In this document: positions 12,201 to 24,376 of the stretch, piece after piece
Position numbering within the stretch: position 1 is the stretch's first letter
Layout of the letters: the number at the start of each line of letters is the position of its first letter
Source of the DNA: Klebsormidium nitens
Taxonomy: Eukaryota > Plantae > Klebsormidiophyceae
Assembly (NCBI GenBank): GCA_000708835.1
Contig: DF237227.1
Span: 1 to 64,000, forward strand
Reading direction: 5' to 3'
DNA length: 64,000 bases
The notes under the pieces: generated by a model
The model's database searches: none
Seen by the model: only the letters and a program-made list of their open reading frames with translations
What the model was told of the DNA's origin: nothing
Translations under genes and position numbers: made by a program

Positions 12201-15200
12201 GAGAAGCTTGGTCGCGTGAGAATGCGAGCCAGCCATCAGGTTGCGAATAAGGACTGTCTCAGCGGGTAACGGGGCGTCAGTGTGTCATCAGGGAAAGATA
12301 ATTGGAAACAGGCGGTGGTTTTCAACACTGCAAGCGTGCCTCTGATTCTGAATATGGTGAAAGCTCACCGTGCTTTGGCAACAGGACGTTCCGAAAGCCC
12401 TCATGACACTCAAAACCACTGTACTAAAAAAAGTGTAGCCCAGCAAAAATCGATAACTCACCAAAGCAAATGGGCAAGCCCTTCTTTTATTGTTTTTTGC
12501 CCTGTTGAATACTTACTTGAAATCTCTAAGGGTCCGGTTCCAGCCTATGTCACAATTTGTAAACCGCTGGCTTTTTTCTACCAACCATTAAGACATTGGC
12601 ACTAAGTCCTCTTAAAACCATATGCGTCAACCGGCGCCTTACTTGCATTTCGGCAGCGCGGGAATGCGAAGGATAGTGCCCGGGATGATCCCCTCGGGGG
12701 CCTGAATGTAGGTGATCACGGTCGCGATGTCGATGGTCCTGTGGGTAGAAATATGAATTGCTTAGCTTCGTACGATCTGTATCTGTCGGCGGGTCTGGGG
12801 TGCCCGGAAAGATTCCGGAGGCGCTTCTTGAGACTGTGCGCCTCTTTACGTACTTGATACAACGTCGGTGGGTTGGTAGTCTGTACGTCGATACATTGCT
12901 CAAACCAACGCTTGCCTCCACTCTGCCGTCCTCACAAGTAAACGAATTCAATCAGCCATGATACAACGGTGCAAATTGTCCGGATTTAAAATTCGGCGGA
13001 ATTTCTTCTGAGCTCATCCGCCAAAGCCGTTGTATCGTTCCTGCGAGTGCATTTTGTGTCGTTCGTGAGATTTATGATTGAAGGCCTCTTCTCTTGAAAG
13101 CTCGTTACGTTTGAACAAAGAAATCGCACCATCCAACAAAGAAGAAAGCTCGAACGAAAGAAGACTCGCACGACCTCAATATGCTGTGAGACGCCGTCTT
13201 GCCTGACTTTCCGCAATCGCGTGTTAAAACCCCTTTCTTAATACGTCCCTGTTACAAAGCACCCCGACCGACGCGAAAGTGCCCAACTTCGACATCGAAG
13301 CCCCACTGGCCTGATCCATCCTCGCCCGCCGCACGCTGTTGCAAAGGAGCCCGTTCGACACGAAACTCTTCAGACTTCTCCCCTCTAGTCTCACCTCTGC
13401 TCGACGTCGAAGCCCCAGGTCTGCTCCATCATCGCGAGGCGCACGCGCGAGCGCACGCCGTCCGCGCCCACGAGCAGGTCGTACGGCACCTGCCGCGTCT
13501 CGCTCTTGGCGCCTGAGGCGTCCTCAAACGTTGCCACGTGGCCGCGCAGATCGGCGCCGGTGCAGCGCGCGTCGAAAGTGACCTGCGGAGCGAGGCCGCG
13601 TGTTTCGGAGCGACGTAATGAATCGATCTCATAAGATCTAGAATCGACCCCCTTCCCTCATAATCACTAGGGTCAGATTCTGATTACGAAATACAAGTGA
13701 GTCCGAGAGTTATCTACAGACCTCGGGATACCATCAACGGCGGTGCGATGTGAAGAAAGTGAACGGTGATGATTGACTTTTGGAATCGGACGAAGAAGGA
13801 TGGTGGAAGGTCTACCGCTGCGAAACGCGTCGGCCGCTTTAAAGCGTTTCGGTGCAGTTCTTCTCAAAGGATTCGCTGACCAACACAATCTGTCGCATAT
13901 GAACCGCTTCCAAGAAAACACTATCGGTAGACAGGGCGATCCACAAGTTCAGCTGCGAAAATTCCCAAACCCACGCTCAACTTTGAGTTCACACTTGGCA
14001 GATTGAACCACATTCAGCAGGAATAAACCAACACTTAGCAGTCTAAACCCACACTCAGAACTCGAAACGCAGACTCAGCATTAAGCTTCAAACCCAGGAA
14101 TATATATTGTACCCACACTGAGCAGGTCGCTGACCCGCTCGGGGCCTACAATAGTTGCCAAGCCGACCCTCAGCGTTCTGAAGCGCAGACAGCAGTCTAG
14201 ACCCATCAGAACTTTTATTTTTGCACTCGACTCTTTTCTCACACTCAGCAGGTCGCTCGACCCGCCCGGGGCGTGCCTCTCGAGCTGCGAAAGGTGCAAA
14301 CCCACTGCCAAACCCTCTGCCAAACCTACTTCCAAACTTGCGCTCAGCAAGCCGCTCGACCCGCCCGGGGCGAGCCTCCTAAGTCGGAATGTTGCCAAAC
14401 CCACTCTGAAAACCACTGCCAAACCCACTATAAAACCCACTGCCAAACCCACTGTCAAACCCACGGCCAAACCGACTGCAAACCCACTGCCGAACTCACG
14501 CTCAGCAGGTCGCTGGACCCGCCCGGCGCGTGCCTTTTCAGCTGCAGATTTTGGAAAACGCACACCCAGCAGTTTATGCTAACTGGATTCCTGAACCGCA
14601 CTCGTAACTCCAAACCCGCACTTTATCTCCCTCAACCCAAAAATTGATTTCTTAACCCACACTCAGCAGGTCGCTCGATCCGCCCGGGGCGTGTCTCCCG
14701 AGCAGTTCCTCCAGCAGCCCCGCGCACAGCTCCATGCGGTCGATCGCCAGGGGCGGGTTCCACTCTGGGGGCATTCTCAGTGTGAACGAGCGCCCGAACA
14801 TGGTGAATGTGAATGCGGTCACCGGGGTGCCCGCGGCCTGGAGCGCGCCCCACAGCCCGGGGATTGGCGCGATCGCGGCTGCGCCGCGCATGCCAAGGCC
14901 GATGGAGTACCTGGGGAAAAGGGATTGGGGCGTCATTTTTGGGTCAGTAAGAAATTACGAAGTTTTGAGGGACGGTTCCGATCTGGTGCGAGCGGCGTGA
15001 AGGTGAATGAGGAGGTGACCTAATTCGTCAAGGAGGTAAACGGTGTTGTCGGCGTATCAATGCGTTCGTCAGGAATCGGTGTCGAGCTATTTTTTATAAG
15101 TTTGGAGATGAATCTAGATGATTTTCTCCACGCCGCTTCGCCGTTTCGTGCTCGACCTTGCTCATCGAATGAATAGGTGCTAATCAAAGGACTGCTCAGG

Positions 15201-16163
15201 CGAGCAAGATTTAAGCTGATTGTTAAAGCTTCGAACGAGAGACCTTCATTGGAGAAACTATAGTTGAGCTCAAACGAAGTTCTGTTTTGGTCATTTACAA
15301 ACACTCTCACGAGATTTAAACCTGACGGAGATAAGCCTGCACTTGTCACGCACAAAAACGTGTTGGGTAAGCAAAGACGTCCGAGGTCGTTACGTCTGAC
15401 GTCTGACGTCTGACCTTTCAAGTTGACGTCAGAATAAGAGGCACCCTTTGTAAAGGGGACTTTTGCCCTTCGCTCTAGAGGTTCCCTTCAGCAAAACGGA
15501 CCTTGCCTTGCAGAATTTTCTGTTTCCAATTCTTGAAACCGACATATTTGCAAGGAATGTTCAAGGCTTATGTCTCACGGAGCTCCTACGAAAGACGGTA
15601 TCTAGTATTTAACAAAAGCGACTCTAAAGTTTGCATTTTTTCAAAGGTTGGCCGTTAACGTAACATTTAACTTAGCAGTAACAAGCTCCAGCAACAATAA
15701 GCCAAGCAGCCCGGGACGGGTTTGGTTCCTTTGGGGAGTCAGGGTGGCTACGCGTGCGAGCACGTGATTTTGCGGGTTATGATTTCAACGTCGAAGTAGA
15801 AGCTTACAATTGCTAGAGTTTACGGTCCAAATTGAAGAGACATGCCACCATCTGAGCCCACCTGCGAATGCCGGGGTCGGTGCTGTCCCGGGCCCTCCTC
15901 GGGTCGTCCCTCCAGTCAAAAAGCGACACCCGAAAGCGGCCCCCGCCCTTCTCCAGCAGATAGTGCGCGAGCAGCAGCCCCGCCGGGCCGGCCCCCGAGA
16001 TAACCACCTCCAGAGGTTTGAACTGACCGCCGGTTAGCGGCTTAACCCCGACCGTTGGTTTGGCTTCTGTTGGGGCCCGGGTTTGTCGCTTGACCTCGGC
16101 GGGCGGGTTGAAATCCTGACCCGCATCCATGAGTGTTGGTTGGTCGTCCGGTTGCGGGTTATC
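9271..16163 (-). CDS. FAD-dependent (class A flavoprotein) monooxygenase, kynurenine 3-monooxygenase / aromatic hydroxylase-like; first exon(s) not located
   Basis: Exons 16163-15862, 14910-14661, 13582-13395, 12738-12643, 12015-11805, 11326-11144, 10679-10482, 9489-9271 splice in frame to TGA. All three fingerprints present: GAGPAGL, DLLVGADGVRSRVR, LLGDAAHATPPFIGQGCNVALED; also YSIGLGMRG. An acceptor at 16163 implies an upstream exon. Confidence 0.85.
13965..14700. repeat. Degenerate copies of the monooxygenase exon end and donor site, with an embedded 12-bp minisatellite
   Basis: CTCAGCAGGTCGCT-type motif at about 14662 (true exon end), 14501, 14343, 14244, 14118, with weaker traces near 14054 and 13974. 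About 12 units of CAAACCCACTGC at 14297-14495. Confidence 0.85.
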
Positions 16164-19100
16164 CTGCGCAGGCGGAGATAGGTTCAAAACAGAGATGTGA
16201 GGACTTCGAGTGAATCTTAGTTAGCCGCTAACCCCGGCAGGGCTGAAAGCTTCGAGGTTCCCGTCCGTGATCTTCAATGGATTCTGAGTCAGTGGCTGAA
16301 CCCGTGCAGACGGGTCAGCTTGTCGACCAATGGCCGGGGCAAGGGTTGCTTCTGCTGGTTTGTGGCAGAACGAACTTCGAAGTTGTTGTAGATAAATGAG
16401 CGGTCTCAATCAAAGCTGCAGAAGCAATCATACAAAAGTGGCGTCGCTTGGAGACCCATGTTAGCAGGAACAGAAAGACGCAAAACTCAAACTGCTGGAG
16501 ATGAGGATTCTTCTTCTTAACATTTGCTACACGGATTACGTGGCCTAGCAAAGAAGAACGTGAGCGCTTCTTTGCCTTGTAATAGGATCCAGATCTCGCC
16601 AATGCCTTGTAGAAGATCAAAACCTCAAAAGGGCTTCTGCGATGTCCCTGATAGTTTCTTGTCGTCAAACGACATGAAAGCCTGAAATAAAAGACCACCA
16701 AACTCAGCTGATTAGTATCTACCTGCAACTCGATTTGCAATCTACTGGATCTCAAGTTTTTAAAACATAAATGTTGCCCTCGAGATGGTTCACTTTACGG
16801 ACATCAGAAAAACGGAAATAAGTCGGAAGGGTCGAATGTGATCCATAAGTCAATGCTCAGGAAATCTGCCAACGGGGGAATAACACGGACGCTCAGCTTT
16901 TCAAAGAGTAAGCAAGATTGGGAAGGAAAGAAAGGAGGAACGATCTTAGTGGCCTGCGTTTCTGAGACTTGAATGTGACGAGCTTCTTGATTTTATTCAC
17001 TTACTTTAGCTCCGTTCCTCAGCTTTCGAATTTCGGGAGCAGGAAAGGAAACAAGCTCAAGGTTCCAGCTGATAGTGAGGGTATATATACGTCAGGTCCC
17101 TGAATCTGACAATCTCACTTTCTCCCACTTGATTGCAGCTCGTGACAGAACTTATGCAAAGATCTGCTCCTGATTGCGCCTTTGCTCTCATGCAGTGTTG
17201 CAACATCAGAACTTCAATACCGGATACAGACGATGAGACAAAGCTCGAACAGAATTCTCACCTGCAGAACACCGCCAATTGAAGTTCAAATATGGCGCTG
17301 CCCGCTTACTGGGGAACGTCGAGCTGGATTAGGGAGACGTCTCAGAGACGACTGAGAGCTAAGAAGATTGCCAGTACCTGATCCTTAAAGCAGCGCCTGC
17401 TGATGATGCTGACGGAAGCAGGTCCAAGTAGTTGTCGCCACTGGCCGGCTTCAGGGAGGCGCTTAGAGGAAGTCAGCTGGAGCTCAAGTGCGCCGATTAA
17501 CCTTGATCACTGCAATATGAAGTGCAACCAGCTCTCTGCCTGGAGTTTTGTAGGGGCTGCATCAGGAATATGAGCATCACATTTGAATGGCGCAATAAGA
17601 CGCATTGGGCAATTACATTGAACGTCTCAAACGACTCTGGAAGAACATTGTACTGGTACGGCGGATGAATGAGGCCGTAAATCACGACAGCGTGAGGTCT
17701 TCAGTTCTACATTTTGATGCGCCGTGTCAAGGGTGGATCCGTTTGGGTACGCAAAATCATGCATGCAGGAGGAGCCTAGAGTCGTGCAGGTAACGCTACC
17801 CTGTGCTAGCCAGAGACTGTAGTAGGTAGCGCGCCGGAAGGGTACGCTACCCAGGTCACCTGGGCCAGGTTGCCGGCTGTGCCGTACAGTCCGTACGGCG
17901 TATCATTACTACACGACGCGACTTTCCGTAAAGTCGGCGTGAACCCAGCGCGAGCGCTGCACGATTTTCTCGGCCCAGATCACTCGAGTGACGACGGCGA
18001 GTGACGACGGCGAGTCCCTTTAATTCTCTTCTCTTTTTGGATGCCCGCGCACAGGACAGAAGCTCTCAATCTGCCACTGCGCGGCCTTCGTACAACGATG
18101 GGATGACCAGTTCAATAACCGATTAACTTGCTAACCTGCCGTGGTATTTCGAGTTAGAGACATAAGACTCACTCGCATACCAATGGAGTTGCTTATTGCT
18201 GATTGTCGAATCGATGGAATCTAGATTTGTTAGTCTCGTATAGGGTCACACGATCGTCCGGACATGACTTATACAGCCGTAGCAAGCTGTAGAGCCAACA
18301 AACTACCCCGGGTCTGCCAAAGACCGTGCTCCATGGCTCCATAATGTGGCTATATAAGGGCGTTGATATTAATGAGAACTCATCATCGGCCCGCAGTACT
18401 AAACTTGCAGACTCGGAGCTTTCTAGTTTGTGTCCACACTTGCTAAAAAGCTGGCATGCAGTATCAAAGCAATAAGAATTGCATTGCATGGACTTGCGTC
18501 GGACAACGTGTTTTGAGTTGCGTGCACAAAAAGCTTTGCATGTGCGTGAGCTTGGCACAGATCTTGCAGCCTGCTCATTAGCAGACCCGAGACATCGTTT
18601 CGATGAAAAGCAAATCGTGGAGGAATGGCACGATAACGACTGCAATCGCTCTGAACCTTTACATATGTCAACTTCGTTGAACGTTTTCCAACAACCCAGA
18701 CTGTTGGATACTGAAAGGATAGGAACCTGACTGACTTTCAGACGTACTAGTGAACTGCTCAAAACGTGGGCGGATCTGACCGACCTTCAGAACAACGTAC
18801 CTTATTAAGACCAATATTCGGAATGCCGCAATGCGCGATCCTACGAAGATCCATGAAGCTCTTTCGAGCCCAGCCACCTATAGTATCTGACCCGACCAGA
18901 TTAACCAGCGCTTTCCCGACTAGGTTCCCCTCTCAAGCTCTTCAGGCCCTTGCTTCTCCAAGACTCTAGCTGACCCCTCGACTTGCCACGTCCCCCCAAC
19001 GCATGTTACTCACTGTTGTCCTCTTTTGACTTTTTCTCCCTTTCCACGATGTCAAAACCCGTCCAAGGAATACCGTCAATAACCAACGCCTCTGCTTCCA

Positions 19101-19276
19101 AAACCACAGCTTCAACAACAACGGAGATCACACCACCAACTGAAACTTGCGCCACGCCCGCCGTTCCATCCCGCCAATTCCGAATCAGGACTCTCCACTC
19201 CCAAGAACCTCTCCCAAACCCAACTAAAGCCGCACTGCAACCTCCCCTAACCCGCAAACTAACCATTCCCTCAGGA

Positions 19277-22200
19277 TCAGCACAGCTTGGCCATGCTGAT
19301 GCACGCCTCCGGCTCCGACTTGGTCCGGTTGATGATCCCCCCCATCAGCGGTTCCCGCTCGCCGATCCTCTCAAACACGCCGTCCGCCCACTTGCTCAGC
19401 CTCAGCGCCGCCCACAGCAAAAAGGGACTCAGGATCGCCGCAACGAGCACGCACCCCAGGAATATCTTCTGGAAGATGTTCGGCCAGTACGGGTTCGCCA
19501 TGTCGGACCAGATCAGGAAAACGATCAGCCACGGCGTGAGCGCCGGCAGCACCGGGAGCGTCGGGAACGCCGCGAGGACCGCTGACGTCAGCGCGAGCGC
19601 GCCGAGGAAATATATCGGCCACGCCATGAACGGGTGCACGGTGGTCGGGATCCAGTACGCCGGGACCGCGAGCGCGAGCAGCAGCGCGCCCGCGACCGCC
19701 ACTTTGAGCGTCCACGGGGTGATGATCGCGCCGACGAGGACCCTCACCGGGTTCAGCCAATCGCTTTCCGAGCCGCAGCGGTTCCCAAGGCACGGCTTGA
19801 CGCCGTCCTTCTGCCAGTCGGCGAAGCACTTGCGGCGCAGGCAGAGCGAGAAGATGAGGGCAACTAGGTAGAGCGTGCCCTGGAGCACGAGCGCGGGAAC
19901 CTCGTGGCCATAGCCGACGTAGTCCCAGCGGTGCTGGTGCCACCAGGTGCCAAGTGGCAGCACGGGATAGGACCACCAGTACCAGGGCTTGAGCAGGGGG
20001 ACGGACGGGAAAGTAACCACCTTGTTGGGGCACGGGATGTGCCACGCGTGGCTCAGGTCTGCAAAGAAAAAAGGGGAGTGGGTGTCAAGACAAGCAGTGG
20101 ATTAAAACGTCTCTACCTAAATTCCCCGTCTTTGCAGAGATTTTGATCTTGTGGGACAGGAGATGTACATCTTTCTGCAAGAACATTGCTTCTGGGTAAT
20201 GGTTTTATGCTGCAAGGTTGCCGAAGCACGATAGTCAATAAGCAAAGGCTGTCGAGTTGTGGAACTTCTCAATCGGAAGTCGGAGAATGCAGACAATCGC
20301 ACCCAAGTGCACCAGAAAAGAAGGGTAGAAACCTCCTGATCAACAACAGCTGAAACCAACAACAGCCTTTGTGCGCCAAAGCGGAACTAGCTGGCAATAC
20401 TTGAGCACGTCACTCCAGCAACAAGACAAACCGCAAGTCCCCAACAAAGCCGCTCTCGAAACGACTGAAGTAGCGTGAGAAGCTGTTCACTTACAGTAGT
20501 ACCCAGCGTCCATCTGGTAACCAAAGTGCAACCGGTACATCTCTCCGTCGAGCACCGAGCCGTCCACGGGGGCATCGAACATGGGTGACATCAGCATCTT
20601 GGTGTTGGGGTAGTACTCCGTGAGGAAGCCCTGGTCGGCGCCGTCGCGGTTGGGAGTGGAGGCGATGCGGCTGAGCATGTTGGACAGAGTGGCGTTGGAT
20701 GGCTGGAAAGCAAGGGAAAATTGGGGTTTAGAGAATTGGGGTTAAGGAAGCGGGTTACTGGAGGGGAGCCGTTTTCAGTCCAATCTGAGCATTGCTCAAA
20801 ATTGGATCGGAGGGTCAGGATGGGAGGGAGGTAAGCGGAGAGTCCGCACGCATACGTCAGAGAAAATGACGTTGAATGGCTAGTGGGAAAACCTGGCAAA
20901 GAGAGGCCAGATGCAGACTAGGCCCCAAGAAGGGTTCGGATGCTTCTTGGATTGGATAAGTCTTACCACTGAAATCCCCAAAACAGGATCCATTCGCTCA
21001 GAACAACATACTCTTCATCAGATTCGAACAGGTTGCCCGGCCATACTTGACTGAGTATGCAGAGAAGTCCTTCTTCCAAAGTGAGTCTCACTTGCGCCAT
21101 CAGTGTGCACACTTGAACAATGTGGGGCCAAACTTGCGAGCCCCTTGGACCCGACATTCAAGCGAAGCGCCTCTTACCTCTGGCCGAGTGGACGGAGTCT
21201 GATGGATGCAGTAGTTACCGTGAAAGGACTTTCCAGATAACGAACAGAGCAAACAAAACGAGACCTCTTAAGACCTATCCGAACATCCTCAAACCAACAC
21301 AGTTGCATTTGTGAACTTTGCAAATGTAACCTCACCTCCAGCACAAAGAGCCCCGTGTGGTACGTGCACGGGTTGATGAACGCCGCGCAGAACTTGCCGC
21401 ACTGGAACAACTCATCAATGTTCTGCAGAAACAGGTTGTCGGCGTCTAGCATGACAACGCGCTTGTACTCGGTGAGGCTCCAGCCGAGCAGCTTGTTGAA
21501 CGTGTGCAGGAAGCGGTGCTGGAAATGCGATTCGGGACTTGCAAAGGGGTTCGGGACGTCGGACACGACCACAATGCGATGGCCCTCTTCAGCCCTGCAG
21601 GGTTAGAAACTCAGGGTTAGGCAGGGGTTTAAGCTTGAAAGGGGTTAGGTTCTGGTGGTCACTTGAAACTGCCAAAATCTGGGTTTGAGAACACGTGGGA
21701 AGATGAGAAAGCCACGGCCACGGCCAGGTTTATAAGGCCCTCGTAAGCCCTGCAGAGCTGAAAGGTTTCGGGTCAGGTTTGAACCGGGTCAGGTTTGAAC
21801 CAGGTCAAGGGTTCAAAGCTCCAGACGTCACTTATTAAGAGTCTGAAACCACAAGCACAGGGTGAGGGCAATGCTTTGGGTTTTGGGAGGGGTACGAATC
21901 TAGGACTTTAAAGGTCATGCAGAAACTAGAGGGTTAGTGCTTGTAGGTCACTTGCAGGTCTCTGCTGTGAAGTGTAGGGGGTTTGAGAGATTAACACGCC
22001 ACTTACAGACAGAACTTTTCAGATTTGCATGGCGGAAGGGGAATCAGGTTGAAAAGGGGGAAGGGCTTATGGAAGGCTTCAGTGTGAACCTTTGCAGTTC
22101 CGAGGTTCAGAGTCGACGGTTTAAGGGCGTGAACGGATCTGCATCGAGCCGTATGAAGGAAGGGCTTTGCTGTATTAGCATAGCAGAAGCAATGAAAGGA

Positions 22201-24376
22201 ACATAGCTTAGTCATTTGCAGTTCTGATGGTCGAGTGCCTTGAGGGGCCACTGCAGAAGAGACGGCACAAGGCGCATGTGCTGTAGCCCTGTCCATGGGG
22301 ACCAAAGGGCGGAGGGGTTCCGCATCAAAGCCCTTTTCGAATGTTGCGAAGGGAGACCAGCACTTTGATGGATGTAAAAAGCTCGAACGCAATGCCGGGA
22401 AGTACGAAATTCAGAATCCTGCAAAATCGTCTCATGGAGGTGGACGAAACACTTCTTACCAACAGGTTTGACATGCTAGACTCTGCGATTCGCAGCAAAT
22501 CTAAGATTGATGGACACTCATGGTTTGCATGCGCCGAGCAGCATGTGCGCATAAACGTCCCCCGCCCTCTCCTTCCCAAACCCAGCACCGTTCAGGCACA
22601 CCCTGTTCGATTTCATTTTACCTCCGACCTTACAGATTGCTGAACCCCAAAAATACATTCGCCTGCCTCAGGAGGCTCCTTCCAAGCGCCAGCCACCTGC
22701 GTTGAGCTTTTCAATTGTTTCGTCGATAGAGCACTTGAAAAAATAGCACCTTTCTTTGTTGTGATCGCATCTTCAGCCTTCTTGAGGCTTCATCCCCAGA
22801 ATCACGCTGGAAAACAGCTTTTTAGAAAACTTCCAGGATCACTTTACTTCAAACAAGACGCATGAGTAGAATCATGCTGGAAAACAGCTATTTAGAAAAC
22901 TTTCCAAGTATCACTTTACTACAACCAAAACGCATGAGCAGAGGCAGAAACTCATTCACTTACAGCTTGTTCAACCAGGGAACCGGCACGCCCACCGACG
23001 CCAGGATTACGGTATCTGCTTTTGGGTGGAAACTCTGAAGCGATCTGCAGAAGAAAAGGTGGAGAAATTGACCATGGGTGGCAAAATCAACCTTGAATAT
23101 GTATACTTGTCCTTCGATCTATCATCGCAAAAGTGCTGATAGGGCTCAGAACCTTGTCCTGATAGTGACTTCCGCTTGGAAGCCAGGGTCAAGTCTCAGA
23201 GCAACGAGTAAAACAATCTGATAATCTGCAGATCCGCCACGGCTGCAAAGAGGTAACTGCAGATGCCCAATGTGGCTTGCGAGGAGCGAACAAAAAGGAG
23301 CCCCCGTCTTTTAAACTGCACCTAGACGCATCACAAAGTACAGCCGAGTGAAACCAGGTGCGCAAAGAGCATAACCCAGAAACTAGACTACGACGACAAA
23401 ACTTACTACCACGGATGCCGATGACCACACCTCTTGTCAACCCAAGCTAAACCTAAGCCTGCAAGCGAACCCTTAATTGGTGATCAGGCCAGCCCTGCAT
23501 TATTGTTAGGACCCCACTCAAACAAGATACTGACAATGTGGCCCAATGTCCTGAACGTTGCCTCCATATGCACTATTAATAAGAAAGTTTCATGACAGAT
23601 GACGCCATCAACATGCTGACTGCAAGCAGACGCGACGGGATGATAGCAAAAGGCCATCATTCCTGCTGAGCATGCCGGTCTTCATCACATCACCTCTTCA
23701 GTGGTGCTCCTGGTGTCAATTAGACACCCTGGCCCTTGAGTCCTTCGGCTAGACTTTGATGAAGAACCCAAAACACAGAAAAAAGTGGTGTAGCGAATGA
23801 AAAAAACAGGGCATGCCTGCCTGTACAGCTGCCTTCCCAATTCCTCTAAGTGATTGCACCAAATCCAAGCCTGACTGTTCCACGAGATCACATACTAGTC
23901 ATCTAGCTTGCCTCCAGCCTGCAAAAAATCCTTGGTGGTTTTGCACTCTTCAGGAGCATTTCAAGATTTTGCTGATTGAACCCAAACTGGGCAAGCTGAA
24001 GTTGAACCTTTGCAACATTTTTCCGCACTGAGCAAGCTGACGGGTGGCCTTCACCCAGGATTGAAAGGCCATCGTCAAGGAGACTACGTGAACTGACCAG
24101 AGACAGAAAACTAGGACTGTATAGGATAAGTAGCAGATAGATTGCAGAAGAAACTAGAGTACAAAAAGAGCAGATTGAATTTGACCCTCACTTGAGCATG
24201 ACTCGTGTGGCAATGTAGAACTCATAGTCGCGAACCGTGCCCGTGTACAATATTGTTGCATACGCGTTCTCATGCTTGGGCCCCCCGGACTGGCTGTAGG
24301 TCTGCACAGCCTGCCCATCGGCGACTCCACAGAGCGCACCCAAAAGCACAACCGCCAGCGCCAGCAAGGCCGCCAT
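19277..24376 (-). CDS. PGSIP8: Glycosyltransferase family 8, PGSIP7/PGSIP8-like membrane glucuronosyltransferase
   Basis: Exons 24376-24192, 23044-22964, 21594-21336, 20702-20495, 20058-19277. N-terminal signal anchor; NAYATILYTGTVRDYEFYIATRVMLKSL; FNKLLGWSLTEYKRVVMLDADNLFL (DxD); DGADQGFL; KPWYWWSYPVLPLG; several C-terminal TM segments. Cannot separate PGSIP7 from PGSIP8. Confidence 0.88.
22798..22939. repeat. Intronic tandem duplication, about 70 bp x 2
   Basis: AGAATCA(C/T)GCTGGAAAACAGCT...CGCATGAG at 22798-22867 and 22868-22939, next to the donor of GT8 exon 2. Confidence 0.85.

Noticed and set aside
15390-15432. TGACGTC(A) CRE/as-1-like motifs (also near 740-765 and 49270-49325)
   Set aside because: They lie in introns, coding sequence or short microrepeats and are expected by chance in GC-rich DNA; no positional support.
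17263-17460. Candidate first coding exon of the monooxygenase (donor CTGCAG|GTGAGA at about 17263)
   Set aside because: All three frames contain stops across the stretch and I could not link it to an ATG; it may be UTR.
17880-17942. Two GC-rich hairpins (GCCGTAC..GTACGGC; CGACTTT..AAAGTCG) as a Helitron 3' end or terminator
   Set aside because: No CTRR terminus at the expected distance on either strand, and no matching 5' end found.
18190-18900. Short ORFs between the monooxygenase and GT8 genes as an extra gene
   Set aside because: No recognisable domain, no consistent splice model, and no coding-like GC3 bias.
18983-20146. Long overlapping ORFs opposite or out of frame to the GT8 last exon (similar cases at 28191-28886, 30925-31422, 51849-52391)
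   Set aside because: Shadow ORFs expected from GC-rich codon usage; no recognisable motifs.
21598-21660. Telomere-like GGGTTAG motifs (also near 26490-26580 and 55480-55530)
   Set aside because: Scattered single units rather than tandem telomeric arrays; they fit G-rich intron or element composition.
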